A stretch of DNA of 64,000 bases from Acutalibacteraceae bacterium (GTDB lineage Bacteria > Bacillota > Clostridia > Oscillospirales > Acutalibacteraceae): NCBI GenBank assembly GCA_045628495.1, contig JAZQPL010000072.1:41118-105117 (forward strand). The letters run 5' to 3'. Positions 45,005-53,767 of the stretch are shown in pieces. Made by a program: the position numbers and the translations under genes. The first letter of the stretch is position 1. Each line of letters opens with the position of its first letter. The notes below the pieces were generated by a model. It did no database searches and was not told where the DNA came from. It was given only the letters and a program-made list of their open reading frames with translations.

Positions 45005-45892
45005 GTGAAGAAGATAGTTGAAGCTCTGAAAGAGCTGAAAATAAAAAATTTTATCATTCTGACCATTGCAGGTATAATCAATGCTTTCGGAGTAACAGTA
45101 TTTCTTATGCCGGTAAAGCTTTATGACAGCGGGCTGTCGGGTACTGCTATGCTGCTTTCTCAGATAACGCCGGCTTCCCTTTCCTTGTCGGTGTTTATTT
45201 TGATTCTTAATGTGCCTGTTTTTATTTTCGGATTAAAAAAGCAGGGGTTAACCTTTACCGTGTACGGAATATATACTGTCGGCATTTATTCTCTTTTTGC
45301 ATGGCTTATTACTGATGTTATTCCTCTTGATGTCAGATTTTCTTCGCCTTTTGCAGGGAAGGACTTATTGCTTTGTGCTATTTTCGGCGGAATTATTGCT
45401 GGAACAGGTGTAGGTCTTGCAATACGATTCGGCGGAGCTATTGACGGAGTTGAGGTTATGGCTGTAATATTTGCCAAAAAGCTGGGTCTGACCGTCGGGA
45501 ATTTCAATATGGCATATAATGTTGTTTTGTATATTTGCTGCGGAATAGCACTTAAAAGCTGGACTCTTCCGCTTTATTCTATTGTAACATATATGGCTGC
45601 GCTTAAAACGGTGGATTATATTGTCGAAGGTATTGACAGAGCAAAATGTGCAATGATTGTAACATCAAAACCGGATGAAGTCTGCACAGCACTCAGTGAA
45701 AAGTTTGAGGAAGGTATGACTGAAGTAGATGCACGAGGCGGTTATTCGGGAACAGAAAAGACTATAATTTATTTTGTTATAAACCGTTTTCAGGTTACTC
45801 AGATGAAAAATATTGTTCATAATATTGACAAAACAGCTTTTATTTCTATTCATGAGGTTTCGGATGTCTTTAAGGCAAATCAAATAAAGTAA
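45005..45892 (+). CDS. YitT-family membrane protein (with C-terminal DUF2179 domain)
   Basis: ILTIAGIINAFGVTVFLMPVKLYDSGLSGTAMLL followed by a C-terminal soluble domain (ARGGYSG...IIYFVINRFQV). The start is ambiguous: GTG 45005 after GAGGTG, or ATG 44993. Confidence 0.7.
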   Translation: MKKIVEALKELKIKNFIILTIAGIINAFGVTVFLMPVKLYDSGLSGTAMLLSQITPASLSLSVFILILNVPVFIFGLKKQGLTFTVYGIYTVGIYSLFAWLITDVIPLDVRFSSPFAGKDLLLCAIFGGIIAGTGVGLAIRFGGAIDGVEVMAVIFAKKLGLTVGNFNMAYNVVLYICCGIALKSWTLPLYSIVTYMAALKTVDYIVEGIDRAKCAMIVTSKPDEVCTALSEKFEEGMTEVDARGGYSGTEKTIIYFVINRFQVTQMKNIVHNIDKTAFISIHEVSDVFKANQIK

Positions 45893-45907
45893 TCGGGAGG
45901 GACCTGA

Positions 45908-47008
45908 ATGGAAAAGGCAGGAATATATGTTCACATACCGTTTTGTAAAAGCAAATGTCCGTATTGTGACTTTTATTCTGTCAGATTAAAAGATTTTTCT
46001 GCTGATGCATACACAGATTATGTTATAAAGAAAATTAAAAGCGATAAAGAAAAATATGATATCATGGCAGATACGCTGTATATCGGAGGCGGAACACCCT
46101 CACTTATGGGTGGAGATAATATTGCAAAAATTGTCAATACCGCAAAGATATTCGGAGATTTTCAGGAAATAACCGTTGAATGTAATCCGTCATGTATTGA
46201 AAAAGATTTTTTTGAAAAAATATCATATTGCGGTGTTAACAGAATATCGCTTGGTCTTCAGTCGGCGAATAATGATGAAAGGCGTTCTCTTGGCAGAACG
46301 GCAGGTATCACTGAAATAAAAAAATGTATTGCAGATTGTTTCAGCGCAGGAATAAACAATATATCCCTTGATGTTATGTTGGGCATTCCGAATCAGACAA
46401 AAAGCTCTTTGCGTGATACTCTGAATTTTTGCACAGATTCGGGAGCGGCTCATATCAGCGCATATATACTGAAACTTGAGGAAGATACATATTTTTATAA
46501 AAATCAGAACAGGTTGAATTTACCTGATGATGATTATACTGCCGATTTATACCTTGATATGACAGATATTCTTAACAGTAAAGGCTTTTTACAATATGAG
46601 ATTTCAAATTTTGCAAAAAACGGATATGAAAGCAAACATAATCTTAAATATTGGAAATGCCGGGAATATCTGGGGATAGGACCTGCCGCTCATTCTTTTA
46701 TAAAAGGCAAAAGATTTTATTATCCGAGAAGCATTGAACATTTTATGTCCGGCGGAGACACGGTTGACGATGGACCGGGCGGCGATGTTTATGAATATGT
46801 TATGCTGGGACTGAGATTAAATCAAGGTGTTTCATACAGTGAAATAATAAAAAGATGCCCTGATGCACATATTGAAAAAATTAAAGAAAATGTAATTCAG
46901 CTGGTTAATAATAATTTTGCCGTTTTAACTGATGACGGATTTCATTTAACTGCCGAAGGTTTTTTGATTTCAAATACAATAATAGAAAATATTGCCGAAA
47001 AAATTTAA
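45908..47008 (+). CDS. hemW: radical SAM heme chaperone HemW (HemN-like)
   Basis: IYVHIPFCKSKCPYCDF is the CxxxCxxC radical SAM motif, followed by LYIGGGTPS. It lies downstream of lepA as in many Firmicutes. Confidence 0.85.
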   Translation: MEKAGIYVHIPFCKSKCPYCDFYSVRLKDFSADAYTDYVIKKIKSDKEKYDIMADTLYIGGGTPSLMGGDNIAKIVNTAKIFGDFQEITVECNPSCIEKDFFEKISYCGVNRISLGLQSANNDERRSLGRTAGITEIKKCIADCFSAGINNISLDVMLGIPNQTKSSLRDTLNFCTDSGAAHISAYILKLEEDTYFYKNQNRLNLPDDDYTADLYLDMTDILNSKGFLQYEISNFAKNGYESKHNLKYWKCREYLGIGPAAHSFIKGKRFYYPRSIEHFMSGGDTVDDGPGGDVYEYVMLGLRLNQGVSYSEIIKRCPDAHIEKIKENVIQLVNNNFAVLTDDGFHLTAEGFLISNTIIENIAEKI

Positions 47009-47018
47009 TATAAATCTG

Positions 47019-47046
47019 TTGACAAAATCAAATAATATGTTATTAT
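47019..47046 (+). promoter_or_regulatory. strong sigma-A-type promoter of the mini sortase-substrate gene
   Basis: TTGACA, a 16-nt spacer, then TGtTATTAT (extended -10). Confidence 0.5.
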
Positions 47047-47099
47047 TTTATTGTCGAAGTTTATAAATGTTGATTAAGTAACGAAAGGAGATAATAACA

Positions 47100-47318
47100 A
47101 TGAAGAAAATTATTGCTTCACTTGCAGCGGCACTTATGATTGGAGCAACATCGCTCAGCGCATTTGCAGCTGTCAGCCCCACAGCCTCTCCGGAAGAGCC
47201 TGAAAAGAAGCCTGTTTCTCCTAACACCGGTTATTCTGTTATGGCAGAGGTTGGTGCTATTGCGGCTGTTGTTTCTTGCTCAGCAGCAGGCATAGTTCTT
47301 TCAAAGAAAGTAAAATAA
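47100..47318 (+). CDS. 72-aa minimal sortase-B substrate (signal peptide + ~20-aa Pro-rich stalk + SPNTG sorting signal)
   Basis: AAGGAG RBS. Signal peptide MKKIIASLAAALMIGATSLSAFA/AV. SPNTG lies at nt 47217-47231, followed by the hydrophobic YSVMAEVGAIAAVVSCSAAGIVL and the basic tail SKKVK. Confidence 0.7.
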   Translation: MKKIIASLAAALMIGATSLSAFAAVSPTASPEEPEKKPVSPNTGYSVMAEVGAIAAVVSCSAAGIVLSKKVK

Positions 47319-47520
47319 TTATTGTTTACTATTGACATCAAAGCTCTGTTTTGTTTTATAGACGGAGCTTATTTGTTTTGATTAGGCTCTTATCTCTCCT
47401 TTGCAGAGAATTACTTTGCGGGATTACAATTAGAAAAAGTGCTTTCAGTGTAGGCATATAACCCTGCGCAATTCGCCTTATTTGACGGATGTTTACGATT
47501 GATTAAGGATAAGTGATTTT

Positions 47521-48333
47521 ATGAAAAAATCAGATTACGATATTGAAGATATTGAGGAAGAGGAAGAAAAGAAGGGCAAAAAAGCCATTCTGATTATTCT
47601 GATAATACTTTTATTTATCGGCTGTGCAGTAGGAACGGTTTACCTTGTAATAAACTGGTATAATCTTCACAAGAGCTCGCAGTTTTATACCGATGTTGTT
47701 GATTCATATGTTGATGACGGTGATTCTTCGGCTGATAATGAAAAAATGGCAGATAATCCTGTTGATTTTAAATCCTTGCAGGATAGGAACAGTGATGTTT
47801 ATGCATGGATAGTTGTTCCGAATACAAAAATAAATTATCCTATTGTTCAGAATGAGCAGACGGATTTTTATCTTCGCCGTTCTCTTGATAAAACTTATTT
47901 GTTTGCAGGCTGTATATATACAAACGATGATAACAGCAAGGATTTTTCAGACCCTGTAACTGTTGTTTACGGCCATAATATGAGAGATGACACAATGTTC
48001 TGCATGCTTCACAGATTTGAAGATAAAAAGTTCTTTGATAAAAATGAGTATTTTTATATTTATACTCCGGGAAGGAAGCTCACATACAAAATAGTTTCTG
48101 CGTTAAAGTATGATAACAGAAGAATTACAGTTGCTTATGATTTTTCCGATCCCGAACAGGTTGAGAGTTTCCAGTTCAGTATTCTTAATCCGAAGTTTGA
48201 ACTGTTTAATTCAAGAAATATTAAACTTGATGTTAATTCAAAAATTGTCACATTAAGCACTTGTGTTGCAAACAGACCTAAGTACAGATATCTTGTGAAT
48301 GGAGTGTTAGTTAAAGATGAGCCAACAAAATAA
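47521..48333 (+). CDS. srtB: class B sortase
   Basis: N-terminal TM, then NSDVYAWIVVPNTKINYPIVQ, VVYGHNM (catalytic His) and VTLSTC (catalytic Cys). Confidence 0.8.
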   Translation: MKKSDYDIEDIEEEEEKKGKKAILIILIILLFIGCAVGTVYLVINWYNLHKSSQFYTDVVDSYVDDGDSSADNEKMADNPVDFKSLQDRNSDVYAWIVVPNTKINYPIVQNEQTDFYLRRSLDKTYLFAGCIYTNDDNSKDFSDPVTVVYGHNMRDDTMFCMLHRFEDKKFFDKNEYFYIYTPGRKLTYKIVSALKYDNRRITVAYDFSDPEQVESFQFSILNPKFELFNSRNIKLDVNSKIVTLSTCVANRPKYRYLVNGVLVKDEPTK

Positions 48334-49813
48334 CTCTGATGATTTAGAATATTCATCCGGTTCCTCACATCATCACAGCTCGGGTTCTTCACATCATCAT
48401 CACAGCTCGGGTTCTTCACATCGTCATCACAGCTCGGGTTCTTCACATCATCATAACAGCTCGGGTTCTTCACATCATCATCACAGCTCGGGTTCTTCGC
48501 ATCATCACCACAGCTCGGGTTCTTCACATCACCACCACAGCTCAGGTTCTTCACATTCGGATTATTATTATGAGTCTGAACTGAAAGAAGAAGAGAAGAA
48601 TGAGGCGAAAGAAAAAATAAAACGCATCGGTCAATCATTTGAAAGACGAATTGTCGATAAAGAGAATGATTACGATGATGACGATAGCTTTGAAGAGTAT
48701 AAAGATGAATTTGATGATTATGAATTAGAGCATATAATAGAAAAAAAGCAGTCAAAAGAATTAAAAAAGGGCAAGAAAAAAGGCAAGAAAAAGAATAAGG
48801 CTTTAAAAATTGTTTTAGGTATTTTTATTTTCTTCCTTCTGCTTATTCTTATCGCCGCTATAACATTGCTTATTATGATAAGAAGCGGTAAAAAAGATAT
48901 GCTTAATTATGACGATGCCGATATTCAGACTGTTGACGATGCCGAAAGTGAAGATGACGGTAAAACAATCAGGTATAAGGGCAAAATATACCGTCTTAAT
49001 GAGGATATAACATCAATCGCCTGCCTTGGTATTGATAAAAATGAAATAAATAAAAAGGTTGTAAACGGCAGGTCCGGTCAGGCGGATACAATAATTGTTC
49101 TTGCTTTTGATACAAAAACAGGCAATGCAACGCTTATTCCCATCCCCAGAGATACTATAGGCGAAATTGAAGTTTATGCTGATGACGGTTCATTTAAGCG
49201 TATTGAAAAAACCCAGATTTGTCTTTCTTACGCTTACGGAAGCGATGGCGAATCAAGCTGCAGGAATGTTGTGTCTTCAGTTCAGAAGATTATTTTCGGA
49301 TTACCTATTCAGGCGTACGCTGCACTTGATTTGGCAGGTATTGCTCCGTTAAATGACGCTGTGGGCGGCGTTACGGTTACTCCTCCGGATAATTTTGAAG
49401 ATGTATTTGTTGCAGGTCGGCCTATCCGTCTTAAAGGTGAAATGGCTATGAGGTTTGTCCGTTCCCGTGATACCACAAAAGTGGATTCCAACCTTGTCCG
49501 TATGAATCATCAGAAAATATATATTCAGGAGTTTACAAAAACTGCTGTAAGGCAGGCACGGCAGAAGCCGTCAACTGTTACGGATTTGTATAATTTAGCT
49601 ATGAATTATTCTTATACCGATGTTGATTTTTCAGATGCTTCATTCCTCGTATCAAAATTCATTACTGTAGGAACCGCCGAGTTTTCTCAGGTAAGTGTTC
49701 CGGGTAAAATGATTGCAAGTAAAGAAGACGGATTTTCGGAATATTATATTGACCGTGAAAAGTTTTTTGAGGTAATACTTTCAGTTTATTATGATGTAAT
49801 AGGCACATATTAA
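48317..49813 (+). CDS. LytR-CpsA-Psr (LCP) family protein with His/Ser-rich repeat N-terminal cytoplasmic tail
   Basis: Overlaps the srtB stop by 17 nt. TM helix is ALKIVLGIFIFFLLLILIAAITLLIMI. The LCP core is LGIDKNE...GRSGQADTIIVLAFDTKTGNATLIPIPRDT...FVRSRD. Confidence 0.75.
   Translation: MSQQNNSDDLEYSSGSSHHHSSGSSHHHHSSGSSHRHHSSGSSHHHNSSGSSHHHHSSGSSHHHHSSGSSHHHHSSGSSHSDYYYESELKEEEKNEAKEKIKRIGQSFERRIVDKENDYDDDDSFEEYKDEFDDYELEHIIEKKQSKELKKGKKKGKKKNKALKIVLGIFIFFLLLILIAAITLLIMIRSGKKDMLNYDDADIQTVDDAESEDDGKTIRYKGKIYRLNEDITSIACLGIDKNEINKKVVNGRSGQADTIIVLAFDTKTGNATLIPIPRDTIGEIEVYADDGSFKRIEKTQICLSYAYGSDGESSCRNVVSSVQKIIFGLPIQAYAALDLAGIAPLNDAVGGVTVTPPDNFEDVFVAGRPIRLKGEMAMRFVRSRDTTKVDSNLVRMNHQKIYIQEFTKTAVRQARQKPSTVTDLYNLAMNYSYTDVDFSDASFLVSKFITVGTAEFSQVSVPGKMIASKEDGFSEYYIDREKFFEVILSVYYDVIGTY
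48353..48556 (+). repeat. 27-bp in-frame tandem repeat encoding (SSGSSHHHH)n
   Basis: A degenerate first unit (24 nt), six full 27-nt units (AGCTCGGGTTCTTCACATCATCATCAC with 1-3 substitutions each) and a partial 18-nt unit. Confidence 0.9.
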
Positions 49814-49817
49814 AAAA

Positions 49818-49846
49818 ACAGGGGTTGCAAATTCTGCAATCCCTGT
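49818..49846. terminator. bidirectional rho-independent terminator between convergent genes
   Basis: ACAGGGGTTGCA-aattc-TGCAATCCCTGT is a 12-bp stem with one G-U pair. It is flanked by AAAAAAA on the 5' side and TTTTC on the 3' side. Confidence 0.65.
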
Positions 49847-49859
49847 TTTCGGTATTATT

Positions 49860-50111
49860 TCACTGCGCATTATAAGCTTCTGCAACGGCCTGCGCCAACT
49901 GGTCGGGACAGGATGTTTTTTTAAAACCGCACCTGATACCCGAAAACTTTTCAACTACTTCTTCAACTGTCATATTTTCAACAAGTTTTGATATTCCCTG
50001 AAGATTTCCGTTACAGCCGCCGTAAAATTTTACTTTTTTAATAATATTCCCGTCAAGCTCAATTTCAATTTCAGATGAACAGGTTCCTTTTGTTTTATAA
50101 ATATATGTCAT
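49860..50111 (-). CDS. TIGR03905-type 4-Cys small protein (TSCPD motif)
   Basis: KTKGTCSSEIEIELDGNIIKKVKFYGGCNGNLQGISKLVENMTVEEV...GIRCGFKKTSCPDQLAQAV matches my recollection of this conserved family closely. Confidence 0.75.
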   Translation of the reverse strand: MTYIYKTKGTCSSEIEIELDGNIIKKVKFYGGCNGNLQGISKLVENMTVEEVVEKFSGIRCGFKKTSCPDQLAQAVAEAYNAQ

Positions 50112-50173
50112 TATACTTCCTCCTGTTTAATGCTGAATATATTATAAACTATTTAGCGGTGTTTTTCAACCTT

Positions 50174-50404
50174 TCAGCTGATAATATAAACAAGAGCAAG
50201 TATAAGCAGCTTATCTCCTTTATCTGAATACAAAAGAAGAATAAGAGCAAGTATAAGAACGGTATCCCTGTCACCGAAAATTCTGTCAATAAAATTTGAT
50301 GCAGGTCTGTAATTGTTGATATTTTTTGCTTTTTCGGATTTTAATTCTGATTTTTCCTCAGTTGAGTTATCCATGGGAACAAAATCCAGTGAACAGTTAT
50401 GCAT
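50174..50404 (-). CDS. small hypothetical membrane protein
   Basis: The C-terminal half is hydrophobic (TVLILALILLLYSDKGDKLLILALVYII). ATG at 50404 overlaps the upstream stop (aATGcaTAA) with GGTGA upstream, suggesting translational coupling. Confidence 0.4.
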   Translation of the reverse strand: MHNCSLDFVPMDNSTEEKSELKSEKAKNINNYRPASNFIDRIFGDRDTVLILALILLLYSDKGDKLLILALVYIIS

Positions 50405-50753
50405 TGTTATCACCGCTGATATTAAGGTCTGAAATAAGAGGAAGGATTTCAAGTATTTTCAGTATCTGCATTGCACGGTCAGCTTTTTGTCTTCTCGGCT
50501 GACTCAGGTTAGGCTTTAACGCTTCAATCAGCCTGCACCTTTCACTGCCCTGTGAATTTAATATGTTCATAACAGAAGAAAGCTTTATCAGCATTTCAGG
50601 TGAAATGAAGCTGTCAAAATCCTGCTCCTTCGGCTGTCTGCTGTCATTCTTTTCGTCCTGACTTTCCGAACCGAAAATTGATTCAGCCATTGATTTTAAT
50701 GAATTTATATCATCAGGGGTAAGCGATGAAAGAATATCATTTATGCTGTCCAT
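50397..50753 (-). CDS. hypothetical protein
   Basis: ORF with plausible coupling to both neighbours. I recognise no family. Confidence 0.4.
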   Translation of the reverse strand: MDSINDILSSLTPDDINSLKSMAESIFGSESQDEKNDSRQPKEQDFDSFISPEMLIKLSSVMNILNSQGSERCRLIEALKPNLSQPRRQKADRAMQILKILEILPLISDLNISGDNNA

Positions 50754-50958
50754 TTCCGTTACCTTTCAGTTTAGATAAAATCCGCTGTGCTTCAGGGCTT
50801 GATAAAATGCTGTTCAGCTTTTCTTTATCACTCAGAATGTTTTTTATTTGCGCAGATTGCTTTGAATCCATATTGTTCAGAATATTCATTGCTTCTTTTT
50901 TTTGCTCTGCTTCACTTTTTGATGCAAAATTTTTGATAAAATCTGATGAATTGTTCAT
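50737..50958 (-). CDS. hypothetical small hydrophilic protein
   Basis: Strong RBS (GGAGGTGA 7 nt before the ATG). First gene of a three-gene minus-strand unit. I recognise no family. Confidence 0.45.
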   Translation of the reverse strand: MNNSSDFIKNFASKSEAEQKKEAMNILNNMDSKQSAQIKNILSDKEKLNSILSSPEAQRILSKLKGNGNGQHK

Positions 50959-51016
50959 TTACATTTCACCTCCGGGGTGATATTATATTTATATTATATT
51001 AAATGGTGGTGTATGA

Positions 51017-51469
51017 ATGAGAATACTTGTTATTTCAGATTCTCACGGAAATTATTATAATATTCTTAAAGCTGTTGAACAACAACCTTCCGCTGAAATG
51101 ATAGTTTTTCTCGGTGACGGTGAGTCTGATTTTGCAAAATGCCATGTTGAAAAACCGTGTATTCAGGTAAAAGGAAACTGCGATTGGGGAAGTGACCTTC
51201 CCGCCTGCGTTATTACAGAAGAAAAAGGCCGCATAATTTACTGCACTCACGGATATGCTGAAATGGTCAAATTCGGCGATGAAAATCTTATTATGCGTGC
51301 TAAGGAAAATCACGCTCACATTGCATTATATGGGCATACACATAATCCTGTTACAGATTATAAGCAGGGCATATATCTTGTAAATCCGGGAAGCATTCAC
51401 GACGGGAAGTATGCGGTTGTTGATATTACACCAAACGGGATTATGCCGATATTGATGGATTTAAGATAA
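51017..51469 (+). CDS. YfcE/MJ0936-family metallophosphoesterase
   Basis: MRILVISDSHGN, LGDG, GNCD, THG and GHTH are the calcineurin-like phosphoesterase motifs in small-family order. Confidence 0.8.
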   Translation: MRILVISDSHGNYYNILKAVEQQPSAEMIVFLGDGESDFAKCHVEKPCIQVKGNCDWGSDLPACVITEEKGRIIYCTHGYAEMVKFGDENLIMRAKENHAHIALYGHTHNPVTDYKQGIYLVNPGSIHDGKYAVVDITPNGIMPILMDLR

Positions 51470-51526
51470 CAGTAATATATATGACTTTTTACGAATATAA
51501 ATTATTATCCTTCGGAGGTGTAATTT

Positions 51527-52009
51527 ATGTTCGTTTTTTCATTGAAAGCAAATAAAAAAAGAATTATTCTTATGGGTCTGCTTATTGCAGGCATTGTGAC
51601 GGGCCTCGTGCTTACAAGAAACAGCAATTTACCTGTAACTGAGAATACAGGCGTTAATTACAAGGCTTCAACAGATGAAGAAAGAACGGCATTTCTATCT
51701 CAATTCGGCTGGGAGATTGATGAGGACCCTGTTTCAGTTGAAGAAATTATTATTCCCGTAAAGTTTGACGAAGTGTATGAAAATTATAATAAAATACAGC
51801 TTACGCAAAAGCTTGATTTGCTGCCTTATGCGGGAAAAACCGCAAAGAAATGGACATATAAAATAAAAAACTATCCTTCATTCAGTGACGAAAGCTGTGA
51901 TATCAGAGCAAATCTGATAATTTATAACGGGGCAGTAATAGGAGGGGATATAAGCAATATGCAGCAAAACGGTTTTGTTCAGGGATTTGATTTTCCGAAT
52001 TTTGAATAA
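51527..52009 (+). CDS. DUF4830-like membrane-anchored protein
   Basis: Signal anchor followed by TDEERTAFLSQFGWEIDEDPVSVEEIIIP, as I recall for DUF4830. GGAGGTG RBS. Confidence 0.55.
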   Translation: MFVFSLKANKKRIILMGLLIAGIVTGLVLTRNSNLPVTENTGVNYKASTDEERTAFLSQFGWEIDEDPVSVEEIIIPVKFDEVYENYNKIQLTQKLDLLPYAGKTAKKWTYKIKNYPSFSDESCDIRANLIIYNGAVIGGDISNMQQNGFVQGFDFPNFE

Positions 52010-52058
52010 GTGCTGAAAAATTTACCAATCATAAAAGAAAAATGATTGGAATGATTAT

Positions 52059-52823
52059 ATGAAAATTATGCAGGTAAAAAAATCCGGCAGAAAAGCAATT
52101 AAAGGCAATGTTTTGAAATCGTCTGTATTTATTTTGCTGTTTGCAGTGAATATGACGGCTTTTTCATCATTGCCTTTTTTTATTGACAGATTTTTCTCAT
52201 ATAACAGGATTATATCGGCAGCATTACTTATACTTGTTTTTGCAGTGGGAATGATTGTTTTTTCATCACTTAAATCCGGAAGCAGAGCATGGTTCCTGTT
52301 TTATGATAAAAATAAAAGAGGAGTCAAAACCGCTTACTGGTTTCGACCCTCAATGTTATTAAGAAGTTTTCATTTATATTTTTCACTTTTTATCAGAAAA
52401 TTTTTCTGGAGCTTTCTGTTTTTTCTCCCTTCCGTTATGCTGATTGCAGGGGCAGTTATTGTTGCTTATAACGGAGGTGTTGAATTCAATCTTTTTGCAA
52501 CTTGGATTGCAGGCGGTGCTGCGCTGGCGTTAAGCTCATTTGTTTTTTTATCTGTTTTTCTGCAAAGGTTTTTTCTTGTTCCATATCTTCGGGTTCTTTT
52601 CCCTTCAATGAAGCATAAGGAACTGTTCAGAAAAAGCAGAGAATATATGAGTGAAAATATAAAAAAAGTTTTTTTAATGAAACTGAGTTTTGTTCCTCTC
52701 TTTTTATTGTGTTTAACTGTTTTTCCCTCATTTTATATTATTGGGTACTACAATCAGTGCTGTGCTGTTTTTGCTGAAAAAATTTATCAAGCCTCACAGC
52801 CCGAAATCAATTATCAGAATTGA
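52059..52823 (+). CDS. hypothetical polytopic membrane protein
   Basis: About six hydrophobic segments. I recognise no motif. Confidence 0.45.
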   Translation: MKIMQVKKSGRKAIKGNVLKSSVFILLFAVNMTAFSSLPFFIDRFFSYNRIISAALLILVFAVGMIVFSSLKSGSRAWFLFYDKNKRGVKTAYWFRPSMLLRSFHLYFSLFIRKFFWSFLFFLPSVMLIAGAVIVAYNGGVEFNLFATWIAGGAALALSSFVFLSVFLQRFFLVPYLRVLFPSMKHKELFRKSREYMSENIKKVFLMKLSFVPLFLLCLTVFPSFYIIGYYNQCCAVFAEKIYQASQPEINYQN

Positions 52824-53746
52824 GGGATTTGCTCATTACCTGATGCCGCCGCCTTAATAACCGTAAGGTCGTCAGCGGTAATTCTTCTCATTCCGTCAAC
52901 ATCGGCGGCTTTTTTCTGAATGTCGGAAAGCAAACTGTCGTCTGTAAAACAATCAGAAACAAGGGAGCTGTCATCAAAGTCAATTACTCCGTTGCCGTCA
53001 ATATCGCCGTAAATTAAAACAGTGTATTTTTCAATTTTTTCGTCAGGATATTTTATGTAAATCAAAGAGCCTGTACCGTAATATTTGAAAGATTTATTCG
53101 ATTTTTCAAAAGAAATTTCAACGCCTGAATAATCAAAATAATTTGCAAGCTGACCGGAAGTAAGGCCGGTTTTCAACCCTGAAATTATTCCCGAAGAATT
53201 TACGGAAGCTGTTGAATTTTCTTTGATTTTAAAATAGCTTTCGTCTTTTTCTTTATCCGTGATTTCTATTTCATAAGAGTCATAATAATCTGCATTGCCC
53301 GAAAGATAGACTTCGATAATATTTGTCCCGATAAAAAATTCTTTCCCGTCTTTCGGAGAAAACAGAATATTTGATTTATAAAATCCTGATTTCAACAAAG
53401 TTTCTTCATATTTGATTTGTTTTTTTGAACCGTCGCTGTATGACACTTCTACAATAAGTCCGGCCATATCAATCATGCCACGCTCACCGTACTGACCTCC
53501 GCCGGGGTTGTGAGTAAAGCTGATGAATTTTGATTCTTTCAGCAGACATTTGCCGTGATTTTCTTCATCGGTAACCCACATTCCGTAAATCCAGTCGGTT
53601 CCTTTATAAAAAACTCTTTTTTCGGGAGCATTAATAATTTTCAAACCGGTGATTGAAGCGGCCGATGCTGATATGTAACAGGAAAAAGCACCTGAAAATA
53701 CAATCAAAGCAAGCAGAACCGATATGATTTTTTTTGTCAATTTCAT
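52814..53746 (-). CDS. secreted protein with C-terminal type-I dockerin
   Basis: Signal peptide MKLTKKIISVLLALIVFSGAFSCYISASA. The N-domain is shared with the next gene. The dockerin lies at nt 52847-53011: YGDIDGNGVIDFDDSSLV...ADVDGMRRITADDLTVI, two Ca-binding-loop repeats with the second somewhat degenerate. Confidence 0.65.
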   Translation of the reverse strand: MKLTKKIISVLLALIVFSGAFSCYISASAASITGLKIINAPEKRVFYKGTDWIYGMWVTDEENHGKCLLKESKFISFTHNPGGGQYGERGMIDMAGLIVEVSYSDGSKKQIKYEETLLKSGFYKSNILFSPKDGKEFFIGTNIIEVYLSGNADYYDSYEIEITDKEKDESYFKIKENSTASVNSSGIISGLKTGLTSGQLANYFDYSGVEISFEKSNKSFKYYGTGSLIYIKYPDEKIEKYTVLIYGDIDGNGVIDFDDSSLVSDCFTDDSLLSDIQKKAADVDGMRRITADDLTVIKAAASGNEQIPQF

Positions 53747-53767
53747 ATTTCCTCCGGGAATGAAAAA

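Noticed and set aside
47319-47520. 200-nt untranslated gap between the mini-substrate gene and srtB, as a possible riboswitch or sRNA
   Set aside because: I see only a weak terminator-like hairpin (AAGCTC...GAGCTT plus a T tract) and short local stems. Nothing matches a riboswitch class I can recognise. It is left unannotated rather than claimed.
48135-48755. 206-aa antisense ORF, and a CRISPR-like appearance of regularly spaced 27-bp repeats
   Set aside because: The repeats are directly adjacent with no spacers, in frame, and encode SSGSSHHHH within the LCP gene. The antisense ORF exists only because the repeat lacks stops on that strand.
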